Shown: piece after piece, positions 49,210-59,302 of the stretch | Layout: every line of letters begins with the position of its first letter | How positions within the stretch are numbered: the first letter of the stretch is position 1 | Assembly: GCA_963932595.1 (NCBI GenBank) | Contig: CAWVRI010000007.1 | Location: forward strand, 362 to 64,361 | Direction: 5' to 3' | DNA length: 64,000 nucleotides | Source of the DNA: an uncultured Legionellales bacterium | GTDB taxonomy: Bacteria > Pseudomonadota > Gammaproteobacteria > Comchoanobacterales > Comchoanobacteraceae | Translations under genes and position numbers: made by a program | The notes under the pieces: generated by a model | The model's database searches: none | The model's input: only the letters and a program-made list of their open reading frames with translations | What the model was told of the DNA's origin: nothing

Positions 49210-49400
49210 AATTGTCGCCCTGAACCGAAGTAGTCGCACTGAGATCCCGGATCAAGCCCGGGAAGAGCATGCGTGAGAGCCCTAAATCGACATAGGTGCC
49301 CTGCGCAGGTTTAGTGGTCCTGAAATTTTTTCAGGATCTCAGCCCGCATGCTCATACTTCAGGATCTCACCCAGAACCTAGCCATCTAGATTCATGATCT
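49210..49400. repeat. GC-rich, multiply self-complementary intergenic element between ssb and acnA
   Basis: Inverted 9-mers ctgagatcc (49239-47) / ggatctcag (49334-42). Inverted 9-mers gagcatgcg (49265-73) / cgcatgctc (49345-53). Hairpins tcccgg-atcaagc-ccggga (49245-63) and tcctgaaa-ttt-tttcagga (49318-36). Direct repeat ttcaggatctca at 49330 and 49358. Confidence 0.6.
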
Positions 49401-49421
49401 AACCTCGAGCATTTGTATGCT

Positions 49422-49883
49422 TTAAAATGGTATGTCGTCTTCAGCTAAAGTTTCTGCTATTGCAGGCTCAGCTTTATTTTTTGGCGTACTAGCTGGGCTA
49501 TCACTGGCATTACTGCTAAAAGACGCTGACGAACCATCTATTTCACCTTTTTTGTCTAGCATTTGCATTTCTGAGGCAACTATTTCTGTTGTATAGCGCT
49601 CATTATTGTCTTTATCCGTCCATTTTCTGGTTTTCAAGCTACCCTCTAAATACACTTTAGAACCTTTATGTAAATATTCTCCAGCAATTTCTGCCAATCG
49701 ATTAAAAAACACAATACGATGCCATTCTGTGCGATCTTGCATTTCTCCAGAAGTTTTATCACGCCAGCTATCAGAAGTTGCAAGAACAATATTTGCAACA
49801 GCGCTACCGTCTGGTGTAAACCTTACTTCAGGCTCTTTGCCCAAATTACCAACTAAAATTACTTTGTTTATGCCTCTTGCCAT
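49422..49883 (-). CDS. ssb: single-stranded DNA-binding protein
   Basis: OB-fold N-terminus '[23 protein letters not shown]' and an acidic tail ending 'DDIPF'. Confidence 0.95.
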   Translation of the reverse strand: MARGINKVILVGNLGKEPEVRFTPDGSAVANIVLATSDSWRDKTSGEMQDRTEWHRIVFFNRLAEIAGEYLHKGSKVYLEGSLKTRKWTDKDNNERYTTEIVASEMQMLDKKGEIDGSSASFSSNASDSPASTPKNKAEPAIAETLAEDDIPF

Positions 49884-49961
49884 ATTAACACCTCTATTTT
49901 GAGAATTGATTGATCTTTGTGCTTACCATTATCACTTCAATAATAATTAATTTCAATACGT

Positions 49962-51317
49962 TTAATGCATAATGTTATAATTATGATCAATAAATATCTT
50001 ATTTAAAGCATTTATATCACAAACTTTGTCGTCTACTTTAACCACAACATGCATCCCTCCTCCCAACACTTTAGCCTCACCAATGCCTTTAATACTTGAT
50101 ATTTCTGCAACTATATTGTCGCAAGGGCTATTTGTTGCAATATACTTTTTTGTCGTGTAATTAGGACTTCTAATTTTACTGCATAATACTAACCATAACA
50201 GTATAAGCACAGACATCACATAAAATATCTCGTGCAAAGAAAACAAGTAATGCATAATCCCAGCTAAGATCCCACCGGTGAAAATACCAAAAAATTGAAA
50301 ACTAGAAAAAAGCCCCATGACAAGACCTCTAGAATCAATTGTGGCATATTTACTGACAAGAGAAGGCAATAAAGACTCTAAAAAAGTAAAAGCAGCAAAA
50401 AACAGCACCATCGCAGTATAAACCATGTATATGCCACTATAACTATAACCAAAAATCAAAGATGACATTGCAAGGGCACATATACTCGCTACAAACAAAA
50501 CCCTCATAATATTATTGCGCTCTACAAAATAAATAGCAGGCAATGATAACAACAGACTAATAACTAAAGAGAGGAAATAAAATTTACCGTGCTTATCAAG
50601 CTCTAGTAACAGAGAATTTTGAAGCATCAAAGGGATCACTCCAAATATTGCAGTATAACAAAGATGTAAAATCCATATGCTAAAATACATAGAACATAAA
50701 TCTTTACTAAAGCAGACTTTTAGCTTTGTTTTGCTAAACTTTTTAACTCTAGGCATTAAAACCTTGTCGTTAGGAAGCATCAAAAAAGCACACAAAAAGG
50801 CTGCTATACTTAGCATAAAAGTTAAGTATAGAATGCCTTTAATACCGAAGCTTGTCGCAATCACTGGACCTAGCAATACTGAAAAGAAAAAACTAGCACC
50901 TATAGTAATCCCAATAAATGCCATAGCTTTAGTCCTATTTTCAACACTAGAATAATCGGATACTGTAGCCAACATTGTGCTACCAATTGCGCCACAGCCT
51001 TGTATTCCCCTGCCTATGATCAGTTCATATATTGTATTTGCATAACAAGTAATAAGACTGCCTGCCATAAATACTAACAATCCCAATAAAATTGTATTTT
51101 TCCTACCTATTTTATCTGACAATATACCTATTGGCATTTGCAATAACGCCTGCGCCAAACCATAAGACCCAATACAAATACCTAGCAAAAATTTATTGCT
51201 GTATAAGTATGAGTCCATATATAAAGCAATTACTGGCAATATCAGCATTAACCCAAATATTCTGGCTGAAAATACTATGGACAAACACGCCAATATTTTT
51301 ATAGGATTTTTTTGCAT
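49962..51317 (-). CDS. MFS transporter with an approximately 70-aa soluble C-terminal extension
   Basis: 12 hydrophobic helices and an MFS loop motif 'LSDKIGRK'. The likely start is MQKNPIK at 51317. Confidence 0.7.
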   Translation of the reverse strand: MQKNPIKILACLSIVFSARIFGLMLILPVIALYMDSYLYSNKFLLGICIGSYGLAQALLQMPIGILSDKIGRKNTILLGLLVFMAGSLITCYANTIYELIIGRGIQGCGAIGSTMLATVSDYSSVENRTKAMAFIGITIGASFFFSVLLGPVIATSFGIKGILYLTFMLSIAAFLCAFLMLPNDKVLMPRVKKFSKTKLKVCFSKDLCSMYFSIWILHLCYTAIFGVIPLMLQNSLLLELDKHGKFYFLSLVISLLLSLPAIYFVERNNIMRVLFVASICALAMSSLIFGYSYSGIYMVYTAMVLFFAAFTFLESLLPSLVSKYATIDSRGLVMGLFSSFQFFGIFTGGILAGIMHYLFSLHEIFYVMSVLILLWLVLCSKIRSPNYTTKKYIATNSPCDNIVAEISSIKGIGEAKVLGGGMHVVVKVDDKVCDINALNKIFIDHNYNIMH

Positions 51318-51566
51318 AAGATACTCACTATAAAAAGACAAGCATAACACCATAACAAATATTAAAGTATAACAAAACTTTTAACACTGCAACCATCCAC
51401 CTAAGCGCCTGATTTATAATTAATATAACTCGGGTAAAATATTATGGACATTTGAACTTGACAGCAAGGATAATAAAATATATAATTTTATTGCTGAAGC
51501 TATTGCTTTTGTTAATTAATAAATTTGTAATATGATTTATGACAACCTAACTGAGTTTAGAAAAGA

Positions 51567-54407
51567 ATGGACGATATTTCAATTAAAGGAGCTAAAACTC
51601 ATAATCTAAAAAACATAGATGTTAGGATACCGCGCAATAAATTATCTATTATTACCGGAATTTCAGGGTCAGGAAAGTCTTCGCTAGCCTTCGACACACT
51701 ATACGCGGAGGGCCAGAGGCGCTATGTAGAGTCACTTTCGTCTTATGCTAGGCAATTTTTATCAGTCATGGAAAAACCTGAAGTAGATCAAATTCAAGGT
51801 TTATCACCAGCAATTGCTATAGAACAAAAAAATAATTCTCATAACCCCCGATCTACCGTTGGTACAGTCACAGAAATATATGATTACTTAAGATTGCTAT
51901 ATGCTAGAGTTGGCGAACCTCACTGTCCGACCCATAATGAAAAACTACAGTCACAAACTATTAGCCAAATATGCGACCGTATTATGGAGATAGCAATAGA
52001 TACCAAAATAATGATTATTGCCCCAATATGCGAGGGGAAAAAAGGCGAGCATGCGGACACTATAGATAGCTTCATTAAACGAGGATTCACGAGATTTCGA
52101 ATAAATGGCGAAATAACTGAATATAATTTACCACCATCATTGGACAGCAAGAAAAAGCACACTATAGAAGTAATTGTCGACAGGATGAGGTTACGAGAAG
52201 ACATGGGGCAAAGACTAGCTGAATCAGTAGAAATGACCGCCAACATAGCTGGAGGCTATGTTTTAACTGGATTCATGGATGAAGACCAAGATGAAATATT
52301 AATGTCTACTAAGTATGCTTGCTCTAAATGTGGCTACAGCACCCCCAGCCTCGAGCCAAAACTATTCTCCTTTAACAGCCCTCAAGGCGCATGCTATAAG
52401 TGTGATGGATTAGGAAATACTAGGTTTTTTGACATAGAAAAAATAATAATAGACCCAGAGCTTAGCATAGAGGCTGGAGCCATTAGAGGGTGGGATAAAA
52501 GATATGATTATTATTTTCAAATCTTGACTGCTGTGGCGCTGCATTATAATTTTAGCCTAAGCACAGCCTGGCAAGATCTCCCAAAAAACATCCAACAAAT
52601 AATTTTATATGGTAGCGGCAATACTAGAATATACATGAATTATAAAGGGAAGTTTGGGGTTGCAAAAAACAAAGCCAAAAAATTTGAAGGAATAATACCA
52701 AACTTAGACCGTAGATTCAAAGAAACAGAATCAGACTCAGTAAGAGAAGAATTATCCAAATATCTTACTTATAGTACTTGCCCTGAATGCCATGGATCAA
52801 GAATAAACAAAATTGCTCGCAACGTGCTTATTTCAGACTATAGCATAGGATATATTACTGACCTATCTATAGAGGATGCATTGCAACACTTTAAAGAATT
52901 AAAGATCTCTAAAACAAATGAAGAAATAGCAAAATCAATCTTAATTGAAGTATTGAGTAGATTAGATTTTTTAGTAAGTGTAGGCCTTAATTATCTTAGC
53001 CTTTCTAGATCAGCCGAAACTTTATCTGGAGGAGAATCTCAACGCATAAGGCTCGCAAGCCAAATTGGCTCTGGCTTAGTTGGAGTGATGTATGTCCTAG
53101 ACGAGCCATCTATTGGTCTACATCAAAGAGATAATGATAGGTTAATAAACACTTTGAAAAAATTAAGAGACCTTGGTAATTCTGTCATAGTAGTAGAGCA
53201 CGACCATGACTCAATGATGTCTGCCGACCATATAATAGACATTGGGCCAGGAGCTGGAGTTCATGGAGGAGAGGTCATAGCCTTTGGGACTCCTTTAGAT
53301 ATAATAAATAACAAAAACTCTATCACTGGCAGATATTTGTCAGGGAAAGAAAAAATCGACAATTTAAATCATCTAATATATGACCCTAAAAAAATGATTA
53401 GAATTAGAAAAGCCTCATGTAACAACCTGAAGAATATTGATGCCAATATACCAATTGGACTTATAACCTGCATTACTGGAGTGTCTGGATCAGGAAAATC
53501 TAGCTTGATTAATAATACCTTATACCCTATTGCATCGCTGAGACTAAACAAATCTAAGAATAGAGTTCCTGGCAAGTGCGAAGACATATTAGGCCTTGGA
53601 ATGCTAGATAAAGTTGTAGCGATTGATCAAAGCGCAATAGGAAGGACTCCAAGATCAAATCCAGCTACTTACACTGGCATGTTTACTTCTATCAGGGAAC
53701 TATTTTCTCAAACTAAAGAATCTAGAATGCGTGGCTATAAACCAGGAAGGTTTAGCTTTAACGTCACTGGAGGCAGGTGTGAAGCTTGTCATGGCGATGG
53801 TCTCGTAAAAGTAGAGATGCATTTTTTGGCCGATATCTTTATAACTTGTGAAGTATGTAATGGCTCAAGATACAATAGAGAAACGCTCTCTGTTTTATAT
53901 AAAAATAAAAACATATCAGAAGTGCTTAACATGACCGTGGAACAAGCAGCAGAATTCTTTGATGCTATACCCCTTATAAAACGCAAATTAGACACCTTAA
54001 TAGATGTTGGATTAGGATACATTTGCCTTGGTCAAAGCGCAACAACTCTATCTGGCGGAGAAGCACAAAGAATAAAAATAGCTAAAGAACTATCTAAGAG
54101 ATCAACAGGATCTACACTATATATTTTAGATGAGCCAACTACAGGATTGCACTTCCATGATGTGAAGAAATTGCTAGAGGTACTAATTAGACTTAGAGAC
54201 CAAGGCAATACGATTGTGATAATTGAGCATAACTTAGATATTATTAAAAATGCCGACTGGATTATTGATATTGGACCAGAAGGTGGCAAAGGTGGTGGCG
54301 AAATAGTCGCAATGGGGCCACCGGAAAAAATAGCCCAAGAACCTAAGTCGCATACTGGAGCTTTTTTAAAAAAGCTTATAGAACTAGATTCAATAGCGTC
54401 AAATTAG
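51567..54407 (+). CDS. uvrA: excinuclease ABC subunit A
   Basis: Two ABC modules ('[14 protein letters not shown]', '[12 protein letters not shown]'), zinc-finger cysteines and LSGGE signatures. 946 aa. Confidence 0.97.
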   Translation: MDDISIKGAKTHNLKNIDVRIPRNKLSIITGISGSGKSSLAFDTLYAEGQRRYVESLSSYARQFLSVMEKPEVDQIQGLSPAIAIEQKNNSHNPRSTVGTVTEIYDYLRLLYARVGEPHCPTHNEKLQSQTISQICDRIMEIAIDTKIMIIAPICEGKKGEHADTIDSFIKRGFTRFRINGEITEYNLPPSLDSKKKHTIEVIVDRMRLREDMGQRLAESVEMTANIAGGYVLTGFMDEDQDEILMSTKYACSKCGYSTPSLEPKLFSFNSPQGACYKCDGLGNTRFFDIEKIIIDPELSIEAGAIRGWDKRYDYYFQILTAVALHYNFSLSTAWQDLPKNIQQIILYGSGNTRIYMNYKGKFGVAKNKAKKFEGIIPNLDRRFKETESDSVREELSKYLTYSTCPECHGSRINKIARNVLISDYSIGYITDLSIEDALQHFKELKISKTNEEIAKSILIEVLSRLDFLVSVGLNYLSLSRSAETLSGGESQRIRLASQIGSGLVGVMYVLDEPSIGLHQRDNDRLINTLKKLRDLGNSVIVVEHDHDSMMSADHIIDIGPGAGVHGGEVIAFGTPLDIINNKNSITGRYLSGKEKIDNLNHLIYDPKKMIRIRKASCNNLKNIDANIPIGLITCITGVSGSGKSSLINNTLYPIASLRLNKSKNRVPGKCEDILGLGMLDKVVAIDQSAIGRTPRSNPATYTGMFTSIRELFSQTKESRMRGYKPGRFSFNVTGGRCEACHGDGLVKVEMHFLADIFITCEVCNGSRYNRETLSVLYKNKNISEVLNMTVEQAAEFFDAIPLIKRKLDTLIDVGLGYICLGQSATTLSGGEAQRIKIAKELSKRSTGSTLYILDEPTTGLHFHDVKKLLEVLIRLRDQGNTIVIIEHNLDIIKNADWIIDIGPEGGKGGGEIVAMGPPEKIAQEPKSHTGAFLKKLIELDSIASN

Positions 54408-54596
54408 AACTAAAAAGTTTATAAATTACAGCGCCATCATCACCTAAAACATAAAAACCTATATACTACAACTATTTACTTGCTTAAACACACAAACTAA
54501 TGTAGACTTCTCGATTAAAGTCATTTCGAACCTAGCGACAGTCAACTGAAGCTTGTAATTGAAATGTCATATATCAATTATAAAATAAGGTGCGAT

Positions 54597-55685
54597 ATGC
54601 AAGACTTCACTCAATTAAATTTACCACAAAGCATGCTTGACTCAATTACCAAGCTTGGAATTAAAACTCCTACTCCAATTCAAGCTAAAACCATGCCAAC
54701 AATATTAAAAGGTTCTGATGTAGTTGGAACAGCACAAACAGGAACAGGAAAAACTTTAGCATTTGGGATACCTGTTGCGTTACAATTATTGTTGCATCCA
54801 GAAACAACAGCTCTTATTCTGACACCAACACGTGAACTTGCAATGCAAGTAATGAAGAGCATTCAGGCAATCATGTGCAATACTATCACAAATAAAACTG
54901 TTCTACTTATAGGTGGAGATCCTATACATAAACAAATAAAACGTTTAAGAACCAGTAACCCAAGATTAATAGTAGGAACTCCAGGAAGAGTTATTGATCA
55001 TATAGAAAGAAAAACAGTAGATTTGAGCAACACAAAGTTTCTAGTACTAGATGAAACAGATAGAATGCTTGATATGGGTTTTAGTATCCAAATAGATAAC
55101 ATCATTAAACATATCCCAAAACAAAGACAAACATTATTATTTTCAGCAACGATGCCTAGTAATATTGTAAAAATATCTAAAAAATATCTAATTGATCCTC
55201 TTAGAGTTGCAATTGATAGTACTTTCAAACCAGCAGCCAACTTAAAACAAGAGCATATTAAACTCCAAGAAAAAGATAAGCCTACCCAACTAATAGCTGA
55301 AATTGAGAAAAGGACAGGATCTATCATTGTATTTGTAAAAACTAAGCGCGCAGCTGATAGAATTGCAATCAAATTAGATAAGTCAGGTCATAGTGCTGCA
55401 GCTATTCATGGTGATTTAAGACAAAGCAAACGAGCGAAAGTTATTAAAGAATTCAGCCGTGGTGAGCACAGGGTGCTTGTTGCAACAGATGTTGCTGCAA
55501 GAGGACTAGATATAGATTGTATCGAGCATGTTATCAATTATGACTTGCCACAATGCCCAGAAGATTATATTCACAGAATTGGTAGAACTGCTCGCGCAGG
55601 CAAATCTGGTGAGGCAATGAGTTTTGTAACTCCAGGCACAAATAAGATGTGGCAAATCATAAACCGACTACTGAAAAGTAAGTAA
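54597..55685 (+). CDS. DEAD-box ATP-dependent RNA helicase (motif II reads DETD)
   Basis: Q-motif region, 'AQTGTGKT', 'PTRELA', 'VLDETDRMLDMGF', 'SAT' and 'HRIGRTARAG'. The likely start is MQDFTQL at 54597; the track ORF starts at 54564. Confidence 0.9.
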   Translation: MQDFTQLNLPQSMLDSITKLGIKTPTPIQAKTMPTILKGSDVVGTAQTGTGKTLAFGIPVALQLLLHPETTALILTPTRELAMQVMKSIQAIMCNTITNKTVLLIGGDPIHKQIKRLRTSNPRLIVGTPGRVIDHIERKTVDLSNTKFLVLDETDRMLDMGFSIQIDNIIKHIPKQRQTLLFSATMPSNIVKISKKYLIDPLRVAIDSTFKPAANLKQEHIKLQEKDKPTQLIAEIEKRTGSIIVFVKTKRAADRIAIKLDKSGHSAAAIHGDLRQSKRAKVIKEFSRGEHRVLVATDVAARGLDIDCIEHVINYDLPQCPEDYIHRIGRTARAGKSGEAMSFVTPGTNKMWQIINRLLKSK

Positions 55686-55745
55686 CAATAATCTATATTT
55701 TGGCGATGTATTTATAATTTTTAATTTTAGTTTTAGAGAGATGAG

Positions 55746-57566
55746 ATGGAACAACAAGATATTCGAAACATCACTATAATTGCCCACGTTGACCACGGCA
55801 AAACCACTTTAGTAGATGTAATGTTACAGCAAAGTGGCACGTTTAGAGAAGGACAAGAAGTTGCGGAAAGATTAATGGACTCCATGGATCTCGAAAAAGA
55901 GCGTGGCATAACTATTAAAGCTAAAAATGGTTCTATAACATACATTGACCCTAAAACAAATAAAAAACATTTAATCAATATTATTGATACCCCTGGGCAT
56001 GCTGACTTTGGTGGAGAAGTAGAAAGGGTAATGGGAATGGCAGATGGGGTGTTATTTTTAGTTGACGCTGCAGAAGGCCCAATGCCACAATCTTATTTTG
56101 TGCTCAAAAAAGCCATTGCAAAAAATCTTCCTGTTATTGTTGTTGTGAATAAATTGGATAAACCATCAGCAAGACCAGACTGGGTAGTAGACCAAGTGTT
56201 TGAGCTGATGGTTTCTCTGAACGCTCCGGACCATATACTAGACTTTCCTACCATTTATGCTTCTGCAAAAAGTGGTTTTGCAACTCTTGATCACACGAAA
56301 ATAACTGATAATATTGAGGTTATATTTGATGCAGTAATTAATGATGTACCTCACCCTAAAGGTGATAGAGCTAATTCTTTACAAATGCAAATAAGTTCAA
56401 TTAGCTACTCTTCTTATGTTGGCAGAATGGCTATTGGTAAAATATCTGAAGGAGCAGTTGCAGTTGGGCAAGAAGTTGTGATTTGTGAAGAAAATAATAT
56501 TATTGAAAAGAAAAAAGTAAGTAAAATATATAGATTTGAGGGTATGGAGCAAGTTAGCACAGAATCTGCAACAACAGGCGAAATAGTTGCGATTGCAGGG
56601 CTAGAGCAAAGTACCATTGGCCAGACTATAACTGACCCATTAAATCCAATTCCACTTCCTTATGCAGGAATTGATCCGCCAACAATTTCGATGTTATTTG
56701 TTCCAAATGATTCGCCTTTTGCTGGAACAGAAGGAAAATTTGTCACCTCAAGACACTTGCGTGAGAGATTAATGCGCGAGCTACTTGCAGATGTTGCTCT
56801 CACAGTAACAGATGACTCAACAGGTATAGGATATATAGTATCTGGCCGTGGAGAATTACACTTAGCTATATTAATAGAAAAGATGCGCCGCGAAGGATAC
56901 GAATTTCAAATTGCAGCCCCTCAAGTAATCTTTAAAGAAGATTCTGGAACTAAAACCGAACCGTATGAAAACTTGTTTATTGAAGTTGCTACTGAAAGCC
57001 AAGGCAAAGTAATGGAAAGCATTGGTTCTAGAAAAGGTGAGCTCCTTAATATGGAACTAGGCGAAAACATGATCAAGTTGGAATATAAATTACCGACAAG
57101 AGGATTGCTAGGATACTACTCACAATTTATGACTGAAACTAAAGGCATGGGCGTGATGAATTCTAGCTTTTTGGAATATGGCCCTTATTTAGGACCAATA
57201 AAAACCAGAATTAGAGGGGTTGCTATTGCGAAAGAAACCTGTACAACAGTTGCATATGCTTTATTCAATTTACAAGAACGAATAAAATTATTTCTAGAGC
57301 CTGGCGTTAAAATATACGAAGGCCAAGTAGTTGGTGAAAACTCTAGAGAAGGAGACTTGGTTATTAATCCATCTAAAGGCAAGAAACACAGCAATGTTAG
57401 AGCATCTGGAACAGATGAAGCGGTAGTTCTAACCCCTGCAACAAAAATGTCGCTAGAAAAAAGTATGGCATATATTGATAACAGTGAACTAATTGAAGTA
57501 ACTCCTGAAAACATAAGAATTAGAAAGAAATTTCTAAAAGAACACGAAAGAAAGCGTAACGGTTAG
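55746..57566 (+). CDS. typA: translational GTPase TypA/BipA
   Basis: 'IRNITIIAHVDHGKTTL', 'DTPGHADFGGEV' and 'NKLD'. 606 aa. Confidence 0.95.
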   Translation: MEQQDIRNITIIAHVDHGKTTLVDVMLQQSGTFREGQEVAERLMDSMDLEKERGITIKAKNGSITYIDPKTNKKHLINIIDTPGHADFGGEVERVMGMADGVLFLVDAAEGPMPQSYFVLKKAIAKNLPVIVVVNKLDKPSARPDWVVDQVFELMVSLNAPDHILDFPTIYASAKSGFATLDHTKITDNIEVIFDAVINDVPHPKGDRANSLQMQISSISYSSYVGRMAIGKISEGAVAVGQEVVICEENNIIEKKKVSKIYRFEGMEQVSTESATTGEIVAIAGLEQSTIGQTITDPLNPIPLPYAGIDPPTISMLFVPNDSPFAGTEGKFVTSRHLRERLMRELLADVALTVTDDSTGIGYIVSGRGELHLAILIEKMRREGYEFQIAAPQVIFKEDSGTKTEPYENLFIEVATESQGKVMESIGSRKGELLNMELGENMIKLEYKLPTRGLLGYYSQFMTETKGMGVMNSSFLEYGPYLGPIKTRIRGVAIAKETCTTVAYALFNLQERIKLFLEPGVKIYEGQVVGENSREGDLVINPSKGKKHSNVRASGTDEAVVLTPATKMSLEKSMAYIDNSELIEVTPENIRIRKKFLKEHERKRNG

Positions 57567-57752
57567 CGGCTAAGGTCGCTGTTGATAGCGGCGACCCTTG
57601 CAAAATATCCATATTCTTATTCCCTGCCTGTAATTTTATATTCCCAGACTTGATCTGGTAATGTGTGATGAGTCGCCTAGAACAATTCTGAAACTAGCTA
57701 GTAATTGTAAAGAGTTACACAATAAATTTTTGCCGATTAGAATCACACAACC

Positions 57753-57962
57753 TCAAGCTAAATATTTAGATCGGTGACGGCTCAATGCAATATTGCGTTC
57801 TGCCCTATTCCACACAAAAATTAACTTATTGGTTTTTTCAAGTATTTTTGCAAGCTCTTTATTTAATATAATATTAATTTTTGTGGCGCTAGTTATAAGT
57901 AATAAAATAATTACCGCAGATAAAACCAGCTCTAGCATTGCAAATCCTTTAATATTTTTCAT
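57753..57962 (-). CDS. orphan mini prepilin-like protein (type IV pilin N-terminal motif)
   Basis: 'MKNIKG|FAMLELVLSAVIILLLITSA' has a short basic leader, Gly-1, Phe+1, Glu+5 and a hydrophobic helix. Only 69 aa. Confidence 0.45.
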   Translation of the reverse strand: MKNIKGFAMLELVLSAVIILLLITSATKINIILNKELAKILEKTNKLIFVWNRAERNIALSRHRSKYLA

Positions 57963-58078
57963 TTATTAAGTTTAAGCTAAATTAAACTTAACTAAAATAC
58001 AGTGCAAAGATAGGAGTCAATTTTACCTAAAGATAATATTATGTTATTCTATAAATTCACATAAAGAAATGAGAAATT

Positions 58079-59302
58079 ATGAAACCAAATAAAATAATCG
58101 GTGGAGTTATGCTAGTAGCAGGAACCCAAACTGGGGCTGGCATGCTAGCGCTACCCATAACCACTGGGGCATCGGGATTCATTGGTTCTATGGCTTTATT
58201 TTTATTATGCTTTTTATATATGTTGATATCGCTATTCCTACTGCTAGAAACTAATTATTATAGCGCAAGCAAAAGAACGAATATAATTAGCATGGCTAAA
58301 TCTCACATAGGAAGCTGGGGGGCAACTATTGCCGCAATATCATTCGCTTTGCTGATGTATTCTGCGCTAAGCGCTTATATTTCTGGCTGCAATGAAATCA
58401 TTGTTAATACACTAAACCACTATAACTTAGGTTTTATTAATCAGAATAAAATCACACCGACCATACTTGCCTTGATTTTTAGCATGATAATATATTTTGG
58501 CAATAATATTATAGACTATGCTAATAGAATCCTCATGATAGCTTTAGTTGTTAGTTACTTGTTCATGCTGATAATCTTACTACCACAAACATCTTATGCA
58601 AACCTTAGCACTCATCACTTTAAATATTTAACTGCCGCACTTCCTGTAGTTATATTGTCTTTCACTTCTCACATTATACTCCCAAGCTTAAGAGAATTTT
58701 TAGATGATGATATTGCACAATTAAAAATAGTTCTTATATGGGGAAGTATTATACCTTTAATAATTTATTTACTCTGGAACTTAACTGTTATTGGCATGAT
58801 ACCTTTTGAAGGCAAAATAAATATTATTAGTATTGCGAGAGATGCAAAACCAATTGTGGCATTATCGAATGCAATGGGGGCCCAAGCCAATAGCAGCCTT
58901 ATAACTGATAACAACCATATTTTTTCATTTTGTGCCATAACCACCTCGATTATAGGTTTATTGCTAGGCTTAAGAGACTTTATTGCTGACGGCCTAAAAG
59001 TAGCCAAAAATAAATGGAATAACGTTCCACTACTTTTTGCATGCGTTGCACCACCATTAATCCTGATATATATTTGGCCATCTATATTCATATTAGCGCT
59101 TAGCTATGGCGGGGTGCTTATTGCTATATTGTATGGCATATTACCGCCTATTATGGTTTGGAAAGCAAGATATAACAAAAATATTACTAGCAAATATACC
59201 TTGCCTGGAGGCAAGGCATCTTTAATACTAGTAGCATTAGGTGCCATTGTTATAATTTTTGCACAAATAGCTTTAATTGAAGGATTATTACCAAGCCCAT
59301 GA
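58079..59302 (+). CDS. aromatic amino-acid permease, HAAAP family (TyrP/Mtr-like)
   Basis: N-terminal 'GGVMLVAGTQTGAGMLALP', 11 TM-like segments and about 407 aa. Confidence 0.75.
   Translation: MKPNKIIGGVMLVAGTQTGAGMLALPITTGASGFIGSMALFLLCFLYMLISLFLLLETNYYSASKRTNIISMAKSHIGSWGATIAAISFALLMYSALSAYISGCNEIIVNTLNHYNLGFINQNKITPTILALIFSMIIYFGNNIIDYANRILMIALVVSYLFMLIILLPQTSYANLSTHHFKYLTAALPVVILSFTSHIILPSLREFLDDDIAQLKIVLIWGSIIPLIIYLLWNLTVIGMIPFEGKINIISIARDAKPIVALSNAMGAQANSSLITDNNHIFSFCAITTSIIGLLLGLRDFIADGLKVAKNKWNNVPLLFACVAPPLILIYIWPSIFILALSYGGVLIAILYGILPPIMVWKARYNKNITSKYTLPGGKASLILVALGAIVIIFAQIALIEGLLPSP

Noticed and set aside
51354-51566. SOS (LexA) box in the divergent ssb-side / uvrA promoter region
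   Set aside because: No CTGT-N8-ACAG palindrome is present. Only unrelated AT-rich sequence is seen.
57574-57596. Hairpin ggtcgc-N11-gcgacc just after typA as an intrinsic terminator
   Set aside because: The stem is only 6 bp with an 11-nt loop, and no T-run follows. It may belong to the GC-rich palindromic element family instead, so it is not called as a terminator.
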